Shown piece by piece: positions 36,605 to 48,652 of a stretch of DNA of 64,000 bases. The notes below the pieces were generated by a model. That model made no database searches. It saw nothing but the letters and a program-made list of their open reading frames with translations, and had not been told where the DNA came from. How positions within the stretch are numbered: position 1 is the stretch's first letter; each line of letters opens with the position of its first letter. Both the position numbers and the translations under genes were made by a program. Origin of the DNA: Entomortierella parvispora E1425 (taxonomy: Eukaryota; Fungi; Mortierellomycota); contig BQFW01000013.1 of the NCBI GenBank assembly GCA_020891255.1, positions 1,178,001 through 1,242,000 of the forward strand, read 5' to 3'.

Positions 36605-37799
36605 TTAGCGAAGCTCCTTGTCAACCTTGTCGGCAACATCGTGGGCGGCGTCCTTGGCAGCCTTGTTGGCGGAACGAGCAGCATCTTTGGCGCCATCCTT
36701 GAGATGTTTGGCGGCATCTTCAATCTCATCCTTGGCGTGCTTGGCCGCATCGTGGACCTCCTTTCCGAGCTTGCGGGCAGAGTCAGCCGCTGCGCCCTTG
36801 CCGTTCTTGATCCAGATATCGTAGTTCAAAGCTGTGTTGTAACCGAGCCAGACAACATAAGGAATAGTCAAATAACCAGCGCACTTGTCAACCTTGAAGA
36901 AGTAGTAAGCGAGGGCAGCAGAGGAAGCCTGGAAGAAACAAAGAGTAAGAAAGAATCGATATCAATGGTTAGATGAAGCAATCGATTGCGTCTAGTACTT
37001 TGATCTCTCAAAGTGTAAATAGTCGCCCCTTGGTGTGGTGTCGATGGCGACTGTCACGCACACAGGGAAAGGAGGACAGAGAGGTTGCTGGGGTAGGATC
37101 GAATCAAGTTCAGATTGACCGTGCACACACACACAAAACATGAAATGACCGCAGTGTGGCGGCACTCTTTCCTTTCCTTTTCCCTTTGTTTTAGTCCTTA
37201 GATCTCGGACTTTTTAGCCGACATGATGAAGTCTGTTTGCTGTGTGGAGGATAATGCAGTGCTATACAAATAGCGTCATGTAGCTCCACGGTCCATTGCA
37301 GATCCGACCCTTCTTGCACTCTGTTCTCTCTGACCTGTCAAACATCCATGAAATAATCATTCCTCCCACGATCAAGGGCAGCAGAGCAGAAACTTACAGT
37401 CAATCCGCCAGCAGTAACAAGGGAGGCACCAATCTTTTGCTTCCAGAACATGAGAGGAGACCAGGCAAAGTTCAAGGCCAAATTGAGTCCATAGATGCCC
37501 AATCCAGTGCGAGCCAAGTTGCGGATCGAAGGGATCGTGTTGGGTCCGGTTCTCAAGGCGACCAAGTGAGAGGCATATCCGACAGAGAGGTAAAGAGCAG
37601 TCCAAGCAGGCGCAAACGCACAGGCAGGTGCAGCCCAATCGGGCTTTTGAAGACCCTCATAGAACTGCTGACCAACCCTGTGGGAGGGAATCGCAGAGAG
37701 AAATCCTCCGATCAAGGGAAGACCGACGGCCACGATGGGGTAGCGGGCCAAGTTTGTGTTAAAACTTTGGCACACCTGCTGACAGTTGTCGCCGAACAT
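36605..37799 (-). CDS. TSPO: TspO/MBR translocator protein with C-terminal LEA-like amphipathic extension (241 aa, 2 exons)
   Basis: Exon 37799-37398 (FYEGLQKPDWAAPACAFAPAWTALYLSVGYAS...LNLALNFAWSPLMF) is spliced across a 469-nt intron to 36928-36605 (FFKVDKCAGYLTIPYVVWLGYNTALNYDIW plus 11-mer repeats). Confidence 0.9.
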
Positions 37800-38508
37800 T
37801 GTTGTAAAGGAAGAAGGTTGAGAGACAGATGAGTAAGAAGGGGTGATGGGAAGGAGAGAGGATAGATGGAAAGGGGGAGAAGGAAACAAAAAAGGGAAAA
37901 ATAAGAAGAAAAAAAAGAAGACGGGCAATCCCCTCTGTTTTATGTTTTCATGTAAGAACCTCACAGAGACACTCAGCTCGAGCCAATTGAGACGTCCGAG
38001 TTGATACTTGAATATGACCGGATTGATGTCCAGGCAAGACCGAAGTAGACCACCTACAAAAGGGAAAAAGTGAGAGACATACAAAAAGAGCAACGATATC
38101 CGAGGTGAGAATTGGAATCTTGACATGAATCGGGTTACTGCAGGCAAATGGTGTGGTGAATTCTTTCCATTGTCGCAAGCACAGATTAAGCACCGGCTTC
38201 ATATTTGCCATGCCCAGGCATGCGTTGGGATTTGGCAAGGAGAGGGGCAGCCAGCGAGAGCCAGGAAAGGACCTTCCGTCACCTGGCCGGAAAAGGCAAG
38301 CAGCGCGCGAGATCGTCGCGTGATTTATAATTGACTGCGATCTGTTATTGCATACCTCAGCCACCCGATCCATTGCATAAACAAAATCAATAAAGCAGTC
38401 CTGTCAGGCACCTTCATGCGGGGCCACAAACTGCCACATGCCTTTCCGTCCGTTCTTTCGCATCTAATCTCTCCTCTCCTCCATCTCTTCTTCGCTCTCC
38501 ATCACACC

Positions 38509-39279
38509 ATGCTCCGCAACTTTGCTCGTCTGGGGGGTGTTACGACTGGACTCTGGAGACAGCAGCACCAGGCTGTTGCTGTCAGCAGGATCGCCCTCGC
38601 ATCCTTCCACATGGGCACTCGGTCTAATGCCGTTGCCGCCTCGTCGAATGCCGCCACCACACCTTCCACACCTTTGCCTCCACCCATGAACACCGAGGCT
38701 ACTACTTCCACAACCACAGTCACATCAGCATCAACAACGCCATCAGAACCAGCAGTCGCCGCACCATCACCGGAGGAGGCATCTGAGCCAGTGGAGGAGA
38801 AGAGCGCATTCGCCGAGTTTACACCAGTGTCTCCTGAGCAGGCTCGCTCCTTGACCCAGAACCCTATCTTGTCCCAGCTCGTCAACACAATCATGAAGGA
38901 CGGCAAGAAGGCTAGAGCTCAGCGGTTTGTGGCCGATGCCATGCTGGAGATTCGCAAGCGGACACAGTCGGACCCTTACCATGTTATTTTGGATGCTCTG
39001 GAGTTGGCAAGCCCCATTTTGAAGTTGACGGCGATCAAGAAGGGATCCAAGGTGTTGCAGGTCCCAACACCCATGACTGAGCGTCAAAGGAGACGCAAAG
39101 CCATGGTCTGGATCTTGGAAGCCAGCGACAAGCGCAAGAGAGGCGAGTTGGAGTTCAAGGATCGATTGGCGAGTGAGTTCTTAGCTGTCGTGAACGGAAA
39201 CTCGGGAGCTCTTGTCAAGAAGAACCAGCAACACAAGATGGCGCTGGCTAACAGGGCTAACGCTTCCTTGAAGTACTAA
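38509..39279 (+). CDS. RSM7: Mitochondrial ribosomal protein uS7m
   Basis: Presequence MLRNFARLGG..., then LVNTIMKDGKKARAQ, ALELASPIL, PTPMTERQRRRKAMVWI, LASEFLAVVNGNSGALVKKNQQHKMALANRAN. Confidence 0.93.
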   Translation: MLRNFARLGGVTTGLWRQQHQAVAVSRIALASFHMGTRSNAVAASSNAATTPSTPLPPPMNTEATTSTTTVTSASTTPSEPAVAAPSPEEASEPVEEKSAFAEFTPVSPEQARSLTQNPILSQLVNTIMKDGKKARAQRFVADAMLEIRKRTQSDPYHVILDALELASPILKLTAIKKGSKVLQVPTPMTERQRRRKAMVWILEASDKRKRGELEFKDRLASEFLAVVNGNSGALVKKNQQHKMALANRANASLKY

Positions 39280-40164
39280 GGTGGCCTGCAGTCATGGAAG
39301 ATCGGGATGTTTTAAAAAAGGGACGAATTGATCGTCTGTCACACGACTCGTTCTTTTTTTTTTTCGAGTATATTCAGGATCGGTGGTCTGGGATCTGAAG
39401 AAGCATGCGTTTCATTCAAGAAGAGGGAAGTTAGGGGGGAAATATCATATCAGCACCACCTGCACATACACACACGGCGGAGACGCATCTCAGCTGAATC
39501 GATTTGTTTTTTGTCACATAGAATAAACTAGTATTGCAACACATGCTCATTACTGCAAAGGCTTGCTCATTGGTGGAGTTGATAAAGTCAGCGTCGGCTT
39601 CTAAGCAGTTCTGCTAGATGCATTGCAATCAGGACTGCAGGAGAGCCACTATGGGTTTCTGCAGAACACACTAGCAGGTGCCAGCGCTCATCATCCGCCT
39701 AAAGAATGGGTCATGGTGTTATCGATTCCTCGGCACAAGGATAGAGTTGGACAAGGAGAGGACTGATGGCATCCCTGCAGCGTCAAACGCGCTTGTGGCC
39801 CAGCACCAAAGAATGAACGGGCAAACAACACAGATCCAGCCTAAAACAAGGCAGCGAGGAACAACGAGAGAGAGAGCAGAAGGCGCGCCTGACATCATGT
39901 TTTCAGTGGTCGCAAAAATGGGGCCGCCGGGTAGAGTTCTCTCTCGTTTTTCGTTCCCGTCGTCTCTTTCTCTCTCTTTCCTCTCTCCCTCTTTATCTTT
40001 TTGTGCTCTCTTCCCTTTTCCTCATTGCCATTCATACCATCCCTTCTTGTCCCTCCGCGCTATCGTCCTCTCTCCCTCTGAACCCTTCCGATAGCAGGCA
40101 GTAGCCCAAGATTGTTGCTCTCACTTTCATCGCCCTCAATTTCCTGTACCTTGCTCTGTTTAGC

Positions 40165-42784
40165 ATGCTCTCCTCATTCCTTCCTCATCCACCCAAATGG
40201 AGCGAGCGTCAGTACAAGGCGATTGCATCCCTAACTGAGGAATTCACCCTCTCCACTGCAGCCCTCGAGGAGCTCACAGTCGAGTTTATAAAGCAGATGA
40301 ATGATGGTCTCGCGCCCCCGACTTCAAAGTCCAGGAAGGATCTCGCCATGATCCCCACATACGTCTTTGGTCGGCCCGATGGCCACGAGCGCGGAAGCTA
40401 CCTTGCCTTGGACCTCGGTGGCACCAATCTTCGGTAAGAGGGTTTCTGGAGAGCGATTGACTGAAATGCTACTATGCTACTGAGACCTGCCCAAGGAGAG
40501 CAGAGGGCAGAGGAGTGAGAAGGAAGAACACAAAAGGATTGTCTGCTTTTTTCGCGCTACAGTTCCTTTTTGTGTTGTGTTGTGTTGTGTGTTTGTGAGA
40601 GTTTGAGTGTGTGTGCTCAGTCGAGGACAAACAAACAAGCGTCCCTTGTTGATCTTTCTCTCTTCCTCCTTCATCGATGCATCGGCGCAAGGACCTCGCT
40701 GCATTCATCTGCATAAACACGACAATGACGCAAAGAATGGGTTCTTCCTGAGCTTGTGGAAAACGCAAGGGAGAGGGGATCAGCAGCCAGCAGAGGGGCA
40801 AGAGGGGGGCACATGAGCAGGATCTCGCTGGTGACCTGCAACCACAAACCCCACTGTCGATCGATTCCGCTCTGCAGAATCCACATTCGGTCCAATATCA
40901 GCCAGCCTGTGGCAAAAACGAACCACTAAAAAAAAAAAAAAAAGAAACGGATCGGCGAGCTGAAATTGATTGAGCGGAGGGACAAAAAGTGCGTTTGATT
41001 TTTCTTTTTTTTTTTTTCTCCGTGGGCAATTGTCTCGTTATCTCGCGCTCTCACCTGTGGGGGAAAACCTAACTTTTTTGTGGGATGAGAATAAAAGAAA
41101 AGTCGTTATCATTACCAACGCTTCTTTCATCCCCTGGTGGAAGCGGTTGTTTGTGGTCGCACCATCACTACATGCGTCTTTATCTCTAATTCCCCCTTTT
41201 CGCTCGCTTAGTGTGTGTCTTATCACTCTCAAGGGCAACCACGAACTCGAATCCCACCAAAAGGCGTTCAAGGTCTCGGAGTATCTCCAGCACGCCGATG
41301 TTTCCCAGCTTATGGACTTTATTGCTGTTTCGATCAAGCAGTTCATCAATACCCAGCACATCAACGCCAAGATTGTCGAGCACTCCACCAACTCTGACAC
41401 CCTCGAACTCGGCTTTACCTTTTCGTTCCCAGTTACCCAGACCGCAATTGATGCCGGCAGGTTGCTCCGGTGGACCAAGGGATTCAATTGCCCTGGTGCA
41501 GTTGGCAATGACATCGTTCAGTTACTGCAGGCAGCCCTTGATCGCAACTCCGTCAACGTGCATGTCGGTATGATGATACCTCCTTTTGCTCCCGCTTATA
41601 ATGTTTGCAATTGAGCTGCATCATATTACCATGACTAATGATATCATCTCTTTTTTGGGCTCCATATTCCAGCGGCATTGGTGAATGACACTGTAGGAAC
41701 TCTCTTGGCGCACTCTTACAAAAACCCCAACACATTCATTGGCGCCATTTTCGGCACAGGGACCAACGGTGCCTATGTCGAGGACACCAAAAACATCCAG
41801 GCGTTGCCCTGCAGTCAAGAACAGGAGATGATCATTAATATCGAATGGGGCAATTTTGATAAGGAAAAGACTATTCTTCCAGTCACCATTTATGACAACA
41901 AGCTGGATCGAGAATCTATCGTAAGAAAATACATGGGCTCTGGACCAATTGAGAGGTGATTATTATTTGGACTTCGTGCCTGTGTTGACTGCGTACTGAC
42001 TCACATACATACAAACTTGATTCTATAGAATCCTGGAGTTCATGTGTTTGAAAAGATGATCTCGGGGATGTATTTGGGCGAGATCACCAGGAACATTCTG
42101 TTGCATCTGATTGACCAGCGTTTGTTGTTTGACGGCACCAGCAGTCCAAAGTTGAACAAGGCATGGAGTTTTGAGACTGAATACATGTCCAAGATGGAGC
42201 TGGACTCTTCTGCCACCTTGATCCCCATCGCCCAAATCCTGGAGCAGAGATTGGATGTTCAGATCAACACCCAGGTGGACCGTGAAATTGTGAAGCATGT
42301 GTGCAAGCTGGTGGGTACGCGTGCTGCGCGTCTGAGTGCCGTGGCTACTGCAGCTGTGATCCGCCAAGGCTTACAATCTGGGAGACTGCGCGACCATGGG
42401 TTTCCACTGAAGTTGAATGCTCAGGACGAAGTGTCGGAAACTCTGACAGCGAACGGATTGAGCGACGGCAATGTCACGGATCATGTGATCAATGTGGGCA
42501 TTGACGGATCTGTGTACGAACATTATCCCAACTTTGAGAAGCACATGAAGTCGGCATTGACCGAGATTCTCGGATCAAGAACCGGGGATATCGTCTCTCT
42601 TGGGATTGCGAGGTAAAGAAAAGGCGGAGGAGTTATTTGTGATCTTCTTGTCTTCACCGCACAGGTCATTCTTTATTAACAGTTCTCTTTTTTCTTTTTT
42701 TCTTTGCACTTTTATAGAGACGGGTCTGGTGTTGGAGCAGCATTGGCGGCTTTGATTGCCACCAAGAACACCGCAGCCGAGTAA
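40165..42784 (+). CDS. HXK: Hexokinase (5 exons)
   Basis: Exons 40165-40433, 41212-41567, 41673-41920, 42029-42612 and 42718-42784. Motifs LAMIPTYV, LALDLGGTNLRV, LGFTFSFPV, WTKGF, VNDTVGT, IFGTGTNGAY, INIEWGNF, FEKMISGMYLGE, IDGSVY, DGSGVGAA. Confidence 0.96.
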
Positions 42785-43445
42785 ATAAGCTGGACTTTAC
42801 TGTCCAACACACAAAGTTGTAGCCCGTGACGCCCAGCTCTCACAAAAACAAATACAACAGCGGACTGCCCTTTTATGAACGTGTGTAATGCTTAAAAGAG
42901 CTTGTCCAGAGCAATAGAGAAGCTGGAAGAATAGGAAGGGACTGAGAACAAAGTCCAGCTACTGCTCACCTGCTCACTGCAGATTGAGGCGAGGCGAGGC
43001 GAGGCTGGGCGCGAGGGTGTACGCAACACCAATGGTACAAAAAGCAAGAGATTTCTCGGAAGCAGTGCCGAAGACGGAGAATTGACCAACGGTGGTGTGG
43101 GCACTGGTGTGAACAAAGAGCGGTCGGTCGCACGAGGTCGAGAGCACTTAAACGCAAGGACAAGGAACTCAAAAAGAAGAACAAAGAGAGAGAGCCAAGC
43201 AAGCCAACTGAGGCGTGTGAGAGGTGAAGGAGGATCTGACCAATCAGAGCCCCGGCTGCCTCGTCTCTGGTGTGCTCGCCCGCCGACTGTCGTGCTTCTT
43301 TTTGGCCCTTGGGGTCAGTCCTGGGAACATCCTGTTGTCCGCTCTCATCTTTTCACTTCTTTGTCCTGTTCCTCTTCTTCATCCCTTCCTCATCCTCATC
43401 CTCATCCCCATCCCCTTCTTCTCTCTCTAATTCTCTAATTTTGTA

Positions 43446-45526
43446 ATGTTCATCCGTGGAATCCTTTCCGTCGTTGTGGCCATCGCCGCATGCGCCACTT
43501 CAATCGAGGCCTCGGCCGCATCCACGAACTTGGCCTCATCGGAGTTTGATGCCTACATTGCCAACGATGCCACGTAAGAGCAGCAGAGACTGTTATTCCT
43601 TGACTGCCTCCTTCATACCGCCTTGAAATGCTGATGGGATAACTGACGCCGATCCATATCCATTGATACGATAGCTTTGTCAAGTTTTACTCTCCCGAAT
43701 GTCAGCACAGCAAGAAGCTTGGTAAGAAAACCGCCTGTATTCTCCCTTCCGATAGCCCGAAATGCATGCATGAAGGTAAAAAAGTGCCGTGTCTCAATGC
43801 TTCCGACTCTTGAAATTCATAGAGCCTACTTGGGAGAAGCTGGCTGTTGAGCACAAGGACTGGAAGCGCACCATGGGATTCAAATTTGGCGAGGTTGACT
43901 GTGTTTCCCAGGCCGATGTTTGCGAGGACAACGATATCACTGTCTACCCTTCCTTGCAGCTGTAAGTCAAAAGATGCGGTACAAAGTTAAGCTGCTTGTC
44001 AATCACCGATATCGTTCTTTTTTACTAATCACCGTTTGAACTTTCGCCCTTTTCTCAATAGTTACTACAAGGGCAAACTCATCACAAAGTATACCGGTCT
44101 CAGAACTGAGGAAGCCCTTTCTGATTTTGTCGCGTCGATGGCTGCGGAATACATCAATGTTCCCAAGGAAGTCAAGCCTGAAGAGGTTGGTGAAGTCAGA
44201 ATCAATGCACTCGGAAAGGTCATTGACCTGGACAAAGAGAGCTATGCCCGCAGAACAGCCTTTGGACCATGGTTGATTGAATACTACGCACCCTGGTGTG
44301 GCCATTGTAAAGCTTTGGCTCCTATTTGGGAGGAGCTTGCTGCAACCTTGCAGGGCAAGGTCAACGTTGCCAAAGTTGACTGCACCAAGAACGAGGAGCT
44401 TTGCTATTACCAGAATATCCGCGGATACCCCACCATCAAGCTTCATCAATTTGGCCGATCTATCGAGTATAGGAACATTCGCTCTGCCGAGCACATCGCT
44501 CAGTATGCCATTGGGTCGACCACGTAAGTTTTGATGCTAGAATTGAAGGCAGGTGCAATGTCTTTGTCCATGCTTCTTACCTTGTCCCGAAATGATTTTC
44601 TATTGTATAATAGTCCCTCTGTCAAGCCCATCACGATCAAGGACCTTGAGGCCGTCAAGCGCGAAAACGATGTTTCGTTTGTTTTCATTTACGACGCCAA
44701 AACCAACCCCGAGACCATCGAATTGATCAACAGGCAATCCCAGATCTACTACGAACAAATTCCTATTCTCAAGACTGCGGATCTGGATCTTGCTCGCCAG
44801 CTCGGCACCAGCGGGACTGGCTTGGTTGCCTTGAAAGACAACCGTCAGTTCGCCTACTCTGGTTCTCTCACGGATGATGATGCGATCGAGTCGTGGATCA
44901 ATGAGCACAAGACGCCTTTGGTGACTTCTCTTCAATACCTTACCACTGGTAACTACTTGAGCCAGCCTGGTTGGTCTGTCCTTGGACTCTTTAACCCCAA
45001 CAACCCTGCGTCCGTTTCCGCGCGTCATGAACTTATTGAGGCTGCCCACAAATACCAGAGCACTTTGGAAGAGCGCGACTTCTTGGCCGGTGCTCCTTTG
45101 AAGTTTGCCATCCTGGATGGCACCCAATGGGAGAGCTATGTCCGTGGTGCCTACAACCTGGAGTTGAAGGATCTCCCTGTTGTGGTGGTCATCAACAGTC
45201 GTCAGGAGGTCTTCTACCCTCATGCCTTGGATGGTCGTCGCGTCGCTCTCCAGGCAGACGCCATCATCTCCTATATTAACCAGATCGAGGAAGGACTTTT
45301 GACCCCCAAGTCCATGTTGTCGTTGACACAGAAGGGTTTCCGTATCCTTCAGGAGCGTTTCAGAGTCATTGTTCGTTTCTCGCAGGAGCACACGTTTGCA
45401 GCGATGTTCATTGGATCGGGATTCATTCTTGCTATTCTCCGCAAGATTGGAGGCGCCCCACTGGAGGAAACCAAGGAGGGTGAGGAGGCTGCCGCTGGTC
45501 AGACCAAGGACATCAAGCAGGACTAA
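43446..45526 (+). CDS. Membrane-anchored protein disulfide isomerase (Eps1/TMX-like), 5 exons
   Basis: Signal peptide; first Trx domain FVKFYSPECQHSKKL (CxxS); second WLIEYYAPWCGHCKALAP; redox-inactive Trx-like domains; C-terminal TM (AAMFIGSGFILAIL) and a short cytosolic tail ending DIKQD. Confidence 0.88.
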
Positions 45527-45791
45527 GATCTATCCATCTTTTATTATATATATCCATTAGCTATTCCCAATATAATACAGCGCATTGCGCATGCCAACAT
45601 CTTCAGTCCTGGTAGCAGCAACTTTCGCTCGTGCCTTCCATGCGGGTATGCGGGTCACTGAGGGAAGGTGAAATCTTGTTAAGGGGCGTGTCCTTTTTTT
45701 TGCATGCCTTTTGTGTGCTGGTTGTGAAACTTGGAAGAGACTCAATTCTGACATTTCCATCCATGGAAGCGCGCTGCTCTTGTTGACATTC

Positions 45792-48652
45792 ATGCAATCC
45801 CACGTGCACAATGACCATATCCACCGTAGCGGATCCACCGGCAGCCAAAGCAGAGTCAATCGCCACCATTCACGCTCAGACAACACTAATGTTGAGCATG
45901 ACCTCGAGACTGATTCCTTGAGCAGCAAGCGGCACGGTCAAGGCCAAGGCCAGGGCCCAAACTTTTTCAAAGGCAGCTATGCTCAGCAACTCGAAGTGAA
46001 CTATGGACGCGGGAGCTTCAGATTTGGCGAAGATCAGACAAGTTCTGGCATGGGCGATGGTATTGTAAATCAAAATATGAGACAGGATCTTTCAAGTTAA
46101 GTTCTGCTGCCTTTTTGTTTTGTTATGTCTTTGGGTCTGATCACCATGTGTTGCAATCTGACCGTTGTCCGCTAATTTGGCTGGATTATATCAGATTGGA
46201 TCTACACATTGGGCATGGATCCAGAGGTGCCGATCAGGGTCGTTGGATGCTTTGGACAGCAAAATGACCTTTCCTTCGTGAAACGCGTCGTCCCTTGGTA
46301 CTCTGAGTCAGCGACCGGTATCGATTCGCAAGATGAGTCCGATCCGACAAAGATTCATCTTCAAACAGACCTAACAGGATACCCATCCGGAGTATTTGAA
46401 GTCTTTGACGAGAATGATGAAGAGGAAGCAGACGGAACACTAGAATGGTCGCTAGGATTTGCTCCGCAAGGGAAAAGAGTAAGGCGTAATATCACTTCAC
46501 TCTAGAAGGGGGACATCGTTGCCAGGAAATTAGCTGACACGGCTCATGTTTTACCCTGGCTGTGTTGAAAGATAGGTGACATCCACATTCACATCGATAG
46601 AGAGACAGGCACGCTCTTCCTCCGACATTCGTATCTCCTTGACAGCAACGAGATGCTGGCTGTTTGTTTGGAGTCTGAGAAAGTTATTGGCAAAGATGTA
46701 AGTATCGTTGCACTTTGCTGTTCATGCCTCTTTGCTCAGCATCGAAAGGCCTAACAAAGGCTGTACTTTCCAATTACTCCATAGAAAAAGTCGCTCATGA
46801 AGTGGATGCACTGTCAGGAGTATGAAAGTCATCGATCGCTTTTATTTCTCTTTTTGGTATCGCATGTCGTCGTGGTAGGCAAAGATGAGACAAAGCCGAG
46901 AACACACTTGCCCTCTATTTTAGTTTGCTTTGATGTTTAACAGTCCAATCCTATCTTCTGGTTGTATTGTTCTATAGTGTACCTCACCCGACATGAACAT
47001 CGACCCTAGGATGATCACTGTTTTGTCGACACTGTCAACCATCAAACGTCAGATTTCTCAAGAACTGGATCGATTTATGGCCATATGTTGGGATCGGATA
47101 GGGGTCTACTCCCCAGATCAAATTCGACAGCTGACATCATTGGGGACTGGATCTGATGATGGTGGCAGTAGCGCGGGCGTGGGTGCAGGAACGGGACAGA
47201 GAGATCGAAGTCAACACAAGTCCAACAACTCAAATTCTATGGCAAATATCCTTACGCCTGGAAAGTGTGTTCCGGTCCTTGTATTTGTCATTGATAAGTT
47301 GCCCGTCAAAGTCCCATGGCACGAGCCTGGAATGGGCGATACCGCTATTGTTGAGGTATGGTCCTGCTATCATGACTTAGGATTTGTGTCATAGCGCGCT
47401 CACCATCACAACTCTACTCTACCATAGCAACTTAGACTGCAGGTTCTTAAAAAATCTGTTGATGCACTTCAGACACGACTTCGATATATCTTCCGGGCTG
47501 CTCGGCTGATTCAGAGCATTGACCACCCCAATGGCGCATTTGATGCGTAAGTGCGCAAACGAAATGATTAGTAGATGTGGCCTTGCGCTGCACATGCCCG
47601 AGGTTATTAATACCAGGATCATTTTATGTTTCCACACATAGCCGACAACTGTTTGTCTTGCCGACACCATCGTCTACTCCTTTCGTCTATGTTATACCCC
47701 AGTTCATTGGTCGAGCACATATGGCATCGGAGGAAATTGTGGAGAGGTCAGGAAAAGAACAGGTGGGCTTGGATCCTGCCGAAGCTGTGCTGCGTCAACG
47801 GACAAGAGACGCAGCTTTTGGTCGCTCTTTTGGTGGTTCAAGTCGGGACGGATCAGGACGAGGGGCAAAGGGTCGGCGACGTCGAGGAGAAAAGGGTCTG
47901 AATCCTATCACAGCAGAAGGCGAGGATAAAACAGTTGAGCAGGAGGGGAAAACTTCACTGTCATTTGGACTGCCACCATTACGCGAGTTTTATGAGGCAG
48001 CCACTTTGGTCAAGGATCAGCCACTCTCTAACATCCGTGCTGATGGACGCAGGGATTCAAGGAGAGATTGGACTTCGACACACGCGCACGGACTTGTAGG
48101 CGATTCAGCGCACGAAGGCGACACAACGATGACTCTAGGATATATTCAGGATGAATATGCAGGGCCACTCTTGAGAGAGTTTGTAGAGTCGTGGATCATG
48201 AATGTGACGATTCCTGGGGGATACGGGAATGTGGTGGGAAAACGAAATGCAGGCGCCATTGAGGTAAAGAATGTGATATGAGCTGCATTCTATTGGTCCT
48301 AGACTTATCTGCTGCGGCGAATTGTAACGCGCCATCCCGTCTCTTTCCCTAGGTCTTGACTCTTCAACAGTGGATCGCAGGATATTTGGGCGTAAAGGAG
48401 GCACTAGGGTTTGCGCCTTCTGCCTCACCTGTCTCAAACATCACTGGAATCAACAGCCACTCGGAGATGGATATCGTAAACAGTAGTTTGTCTCAGTTGA
48501 ATGTGAGCACCGAAGATACACCAATGCCAACACAAACACAAACACAAACACAACCATCCTCCAAAGGAAGAGGTCGAGGCATGGGCAAACGGTACTCTCA
48601 GCGGTGTGAGAGCATGGTCCACAAAAAGATTAATGATTTTGTGATGAGGTGA
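45792..48652 (+). CDS. SMG8: SMG8-like nonsense-mediated decay factor (~740 aa, ~8 exons; N-terminal G-fold region)
   Basis: Spliced product contains PIRVVGCFG, HIDRETGTLFLRH, QEYESHRSLLFLFLVSHVVVCTSPDMNID, TPGKCVPVLVFV, KKSVDALQTRLRYIFRAARLI, LFVLPTPSSTPFVYVIP and EVLTLQQW. These occur in the same order as remembered SMG8 blocks (CVVGIFG; LLYLFSVCHILL; CPPRLLFLF; LQHALEDQIYRIFR; LFTVP...FVYIVP; ELPTYQKW). The start codon is uncertain. Confidence 0.78.

Noticed and set aside
37222-37333. ATGATGA...CTGA (C/D box-like pair) inside the 469-nt TSPO intron
   Set aside because: Lies antisense to the host intron, has a weak terminal stem, and the sequence before the D box is a plain pyrimidine tract with no rRNA complementarity I can recognise.
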